Assembly (NCBI GenBank): GCA_964016885.1
Contig: OZ024743.1
Span: 7,688,001-7,752,000, forward strand
From: Eledone cirrhosa
Taxonomy: Eukaryota
Direction: 5' to 3'
DNA length: 64,000 bases
Shown: positions 62,486 through 64,000 of the stretch, in pieces
How positions within the stretch are numbered: the stretch's first letter is position 1
Layout of the letters: the number at the start of each line of letters is the position of its first letter
The notes under the pieces: model-generated
Told to the model about the DNA's origin: nothing
Databases searched by the model: none
The model's input: the letters and a program-made list of their open reading frames with translations, nothing else
Program-made: the position numbers and the translations under genes

Positions 62486-63520
62486 ATACCCTTCTGCCAG
62501 ATGGTTGAACGTTCGAAAGTATATACTTTCCTTATGAAAATTAACGGCTGAAGCCACACATATAACGGGGTAATACCAACCTTTAATAGAAATCAGTACT
62601 GCCACCTAGTGACTGATCACAAAAGTAATTCGAGACACAGGATTAGAGCCGTATGAATGCACAGAGAGACATAGGTGCGAGAAAATAGATGTAAATGGAT
62701 GCATGTCCAAGCACATATTAAAGTAAAGGTATATGAGGCTTAGTGGGAGATTGCCTGGATACACAATTACGTCACCAACGTAGATAAATGTACACATAGT
62801 GATTTTAAGCTCCAACGGTGAATGTTATAGTTGATTGAACAATAAGAGGCTAGTTCCTGAAATTTACGTGCAAATGGCTGAACAGTTCACAGACAGGTGT
62901 ACCCTTAATGTGCTTCTCTGGGTGGATCAGCGTGACACAGTATATGACAAGGCTGACTCTTTGAATCACAAGTATAACTCATGAACCGACAGCCTTATGA
63001 TCGATAGCCAAAATCTAAACAACACGTTTTTACCCACCCCCCCGCACACCTACACACATATACACACATACACACACACACACAAACTTACGCTCACGCA
63101 AGAACACTCAGTGATAATAGTAATACGCATAAAAAGTAACAGTAATAATAGCAATAGTAATAAAAACACCAGGGAAGGCAACATGCGTGCGCAGGGACAT
63201 ATATGTACGCATATGTATAGCACACACGCTGTAGACAAAAAGACAAAGATAAAGAGAAAACGATGAAGTAGGGTGGAAGTCAAGTCGAGACGGAGATGAA
63301 CACACAGAGGGCAAAAGTCATTGATAAAGTCACATACGGTGTGATGAAAGAGATTTGACAGTTAGGTAAATAGCCAATTAGCTGATTAACCAACTGATGA
63401 ATGGATTAATTACCCGATTAATCATAAATAAAACTGAAATGAAACTCAATGACCGTCACAATGTATAACAGTGTCTGTTTCAACACATTTCATGAATCTT
63501 GAAAAACATAATCAAACGAA

Positions 63521-63558
<38 letters not shown>

Positions 63559-63559
63559 A

Positions 63560-63662
63560 TTGATTGTTGACGCGCGTTTCGCTGCTGATCAGCTCAAGGT
63601 TCGATCTGGCTTGACTCTGGAATCAAAAGCTGATCAATAGCGAAACGCGCGTCAATAATCAA
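63560..63662. repeat. 35-bp inverted repeat (3 mismatches) with 33-nt spacer, between (TA)n runs
   Basis: TTGATTGTTGACGCGCGTTTCGCTGCTGATCAGCT pairs with AGCTGATCAATAGCGAAACGCGCGTCAATAATCAA. Confidence 0.88.
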
Positions 63663-63691
63663 GAAACGCAATGAAAGCTTAACAAATCGTC

Positions 63692-63754
<63 letters not shown>

Positions 63755-64000
63755 CCTGTTAGTTTTTTCGTTGCTTTGGTATTGTGTGTTAGGTTTTGTC
63801 TACCACAATGTTCAATTTGTCAAGCTATTTAAATGTATGTTGTTACTCTAAGGACCTACCCTTATTGAGTGCTTTGCTAACTCATTCATATTGTAGGTCG
63901 ACTTTGCTTGCTCACAGCCAAAGCTTCGATTTTACTAAGCTTCCACATATATATATATATACATATACACACACTCACACATATAAAGAGAGAGAGAGAG

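Overview
AT-rich, microsatellite-dense eukaryotic DNA. The SINE/LINE repertoire and microsatellite load look coleoid cephalopod (Octopus-like), but that is inferred, not proven. Positions 1-40603 are one uninterrupted 22-bp satellite (consensus CTAATACTATAATCTACCTCAT, about 1,850-1,900 units by division). It contains kb-scale internal duplications and is most homogeneous at its right edge. The only host coding sequence is one 251-bp minus-strand internal exon of Wnt5 (42693-42943) with canonical splice sites. The satellite therefore appears to lie in the next intron, and the rest of the window in the preceding intron. That remainder holds an uninterrupted 5'-truncated CR1-group LINE RT ORF; CR1-like, RTE and R4/Dong-like LINE relics; two tRNA-derived SINE families; long interrupted (TA)n arrays; and three fold-back hairpins. 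Best leads: (i) the main satellite unit carries a perfect let-7 8-mer site (CTACCTCA) plus 3'-end complementarity at a 22-nt period; (ii) minimal type I hammerhead ribozyme motifs with palindromic helix III (Penelope/retrozyme type), one with an intact core on the Wnt5 sense strand; (iii) a perfect 158-bp inverted repeat. Most ORFs in the supplied track are microsatellite artefacts.
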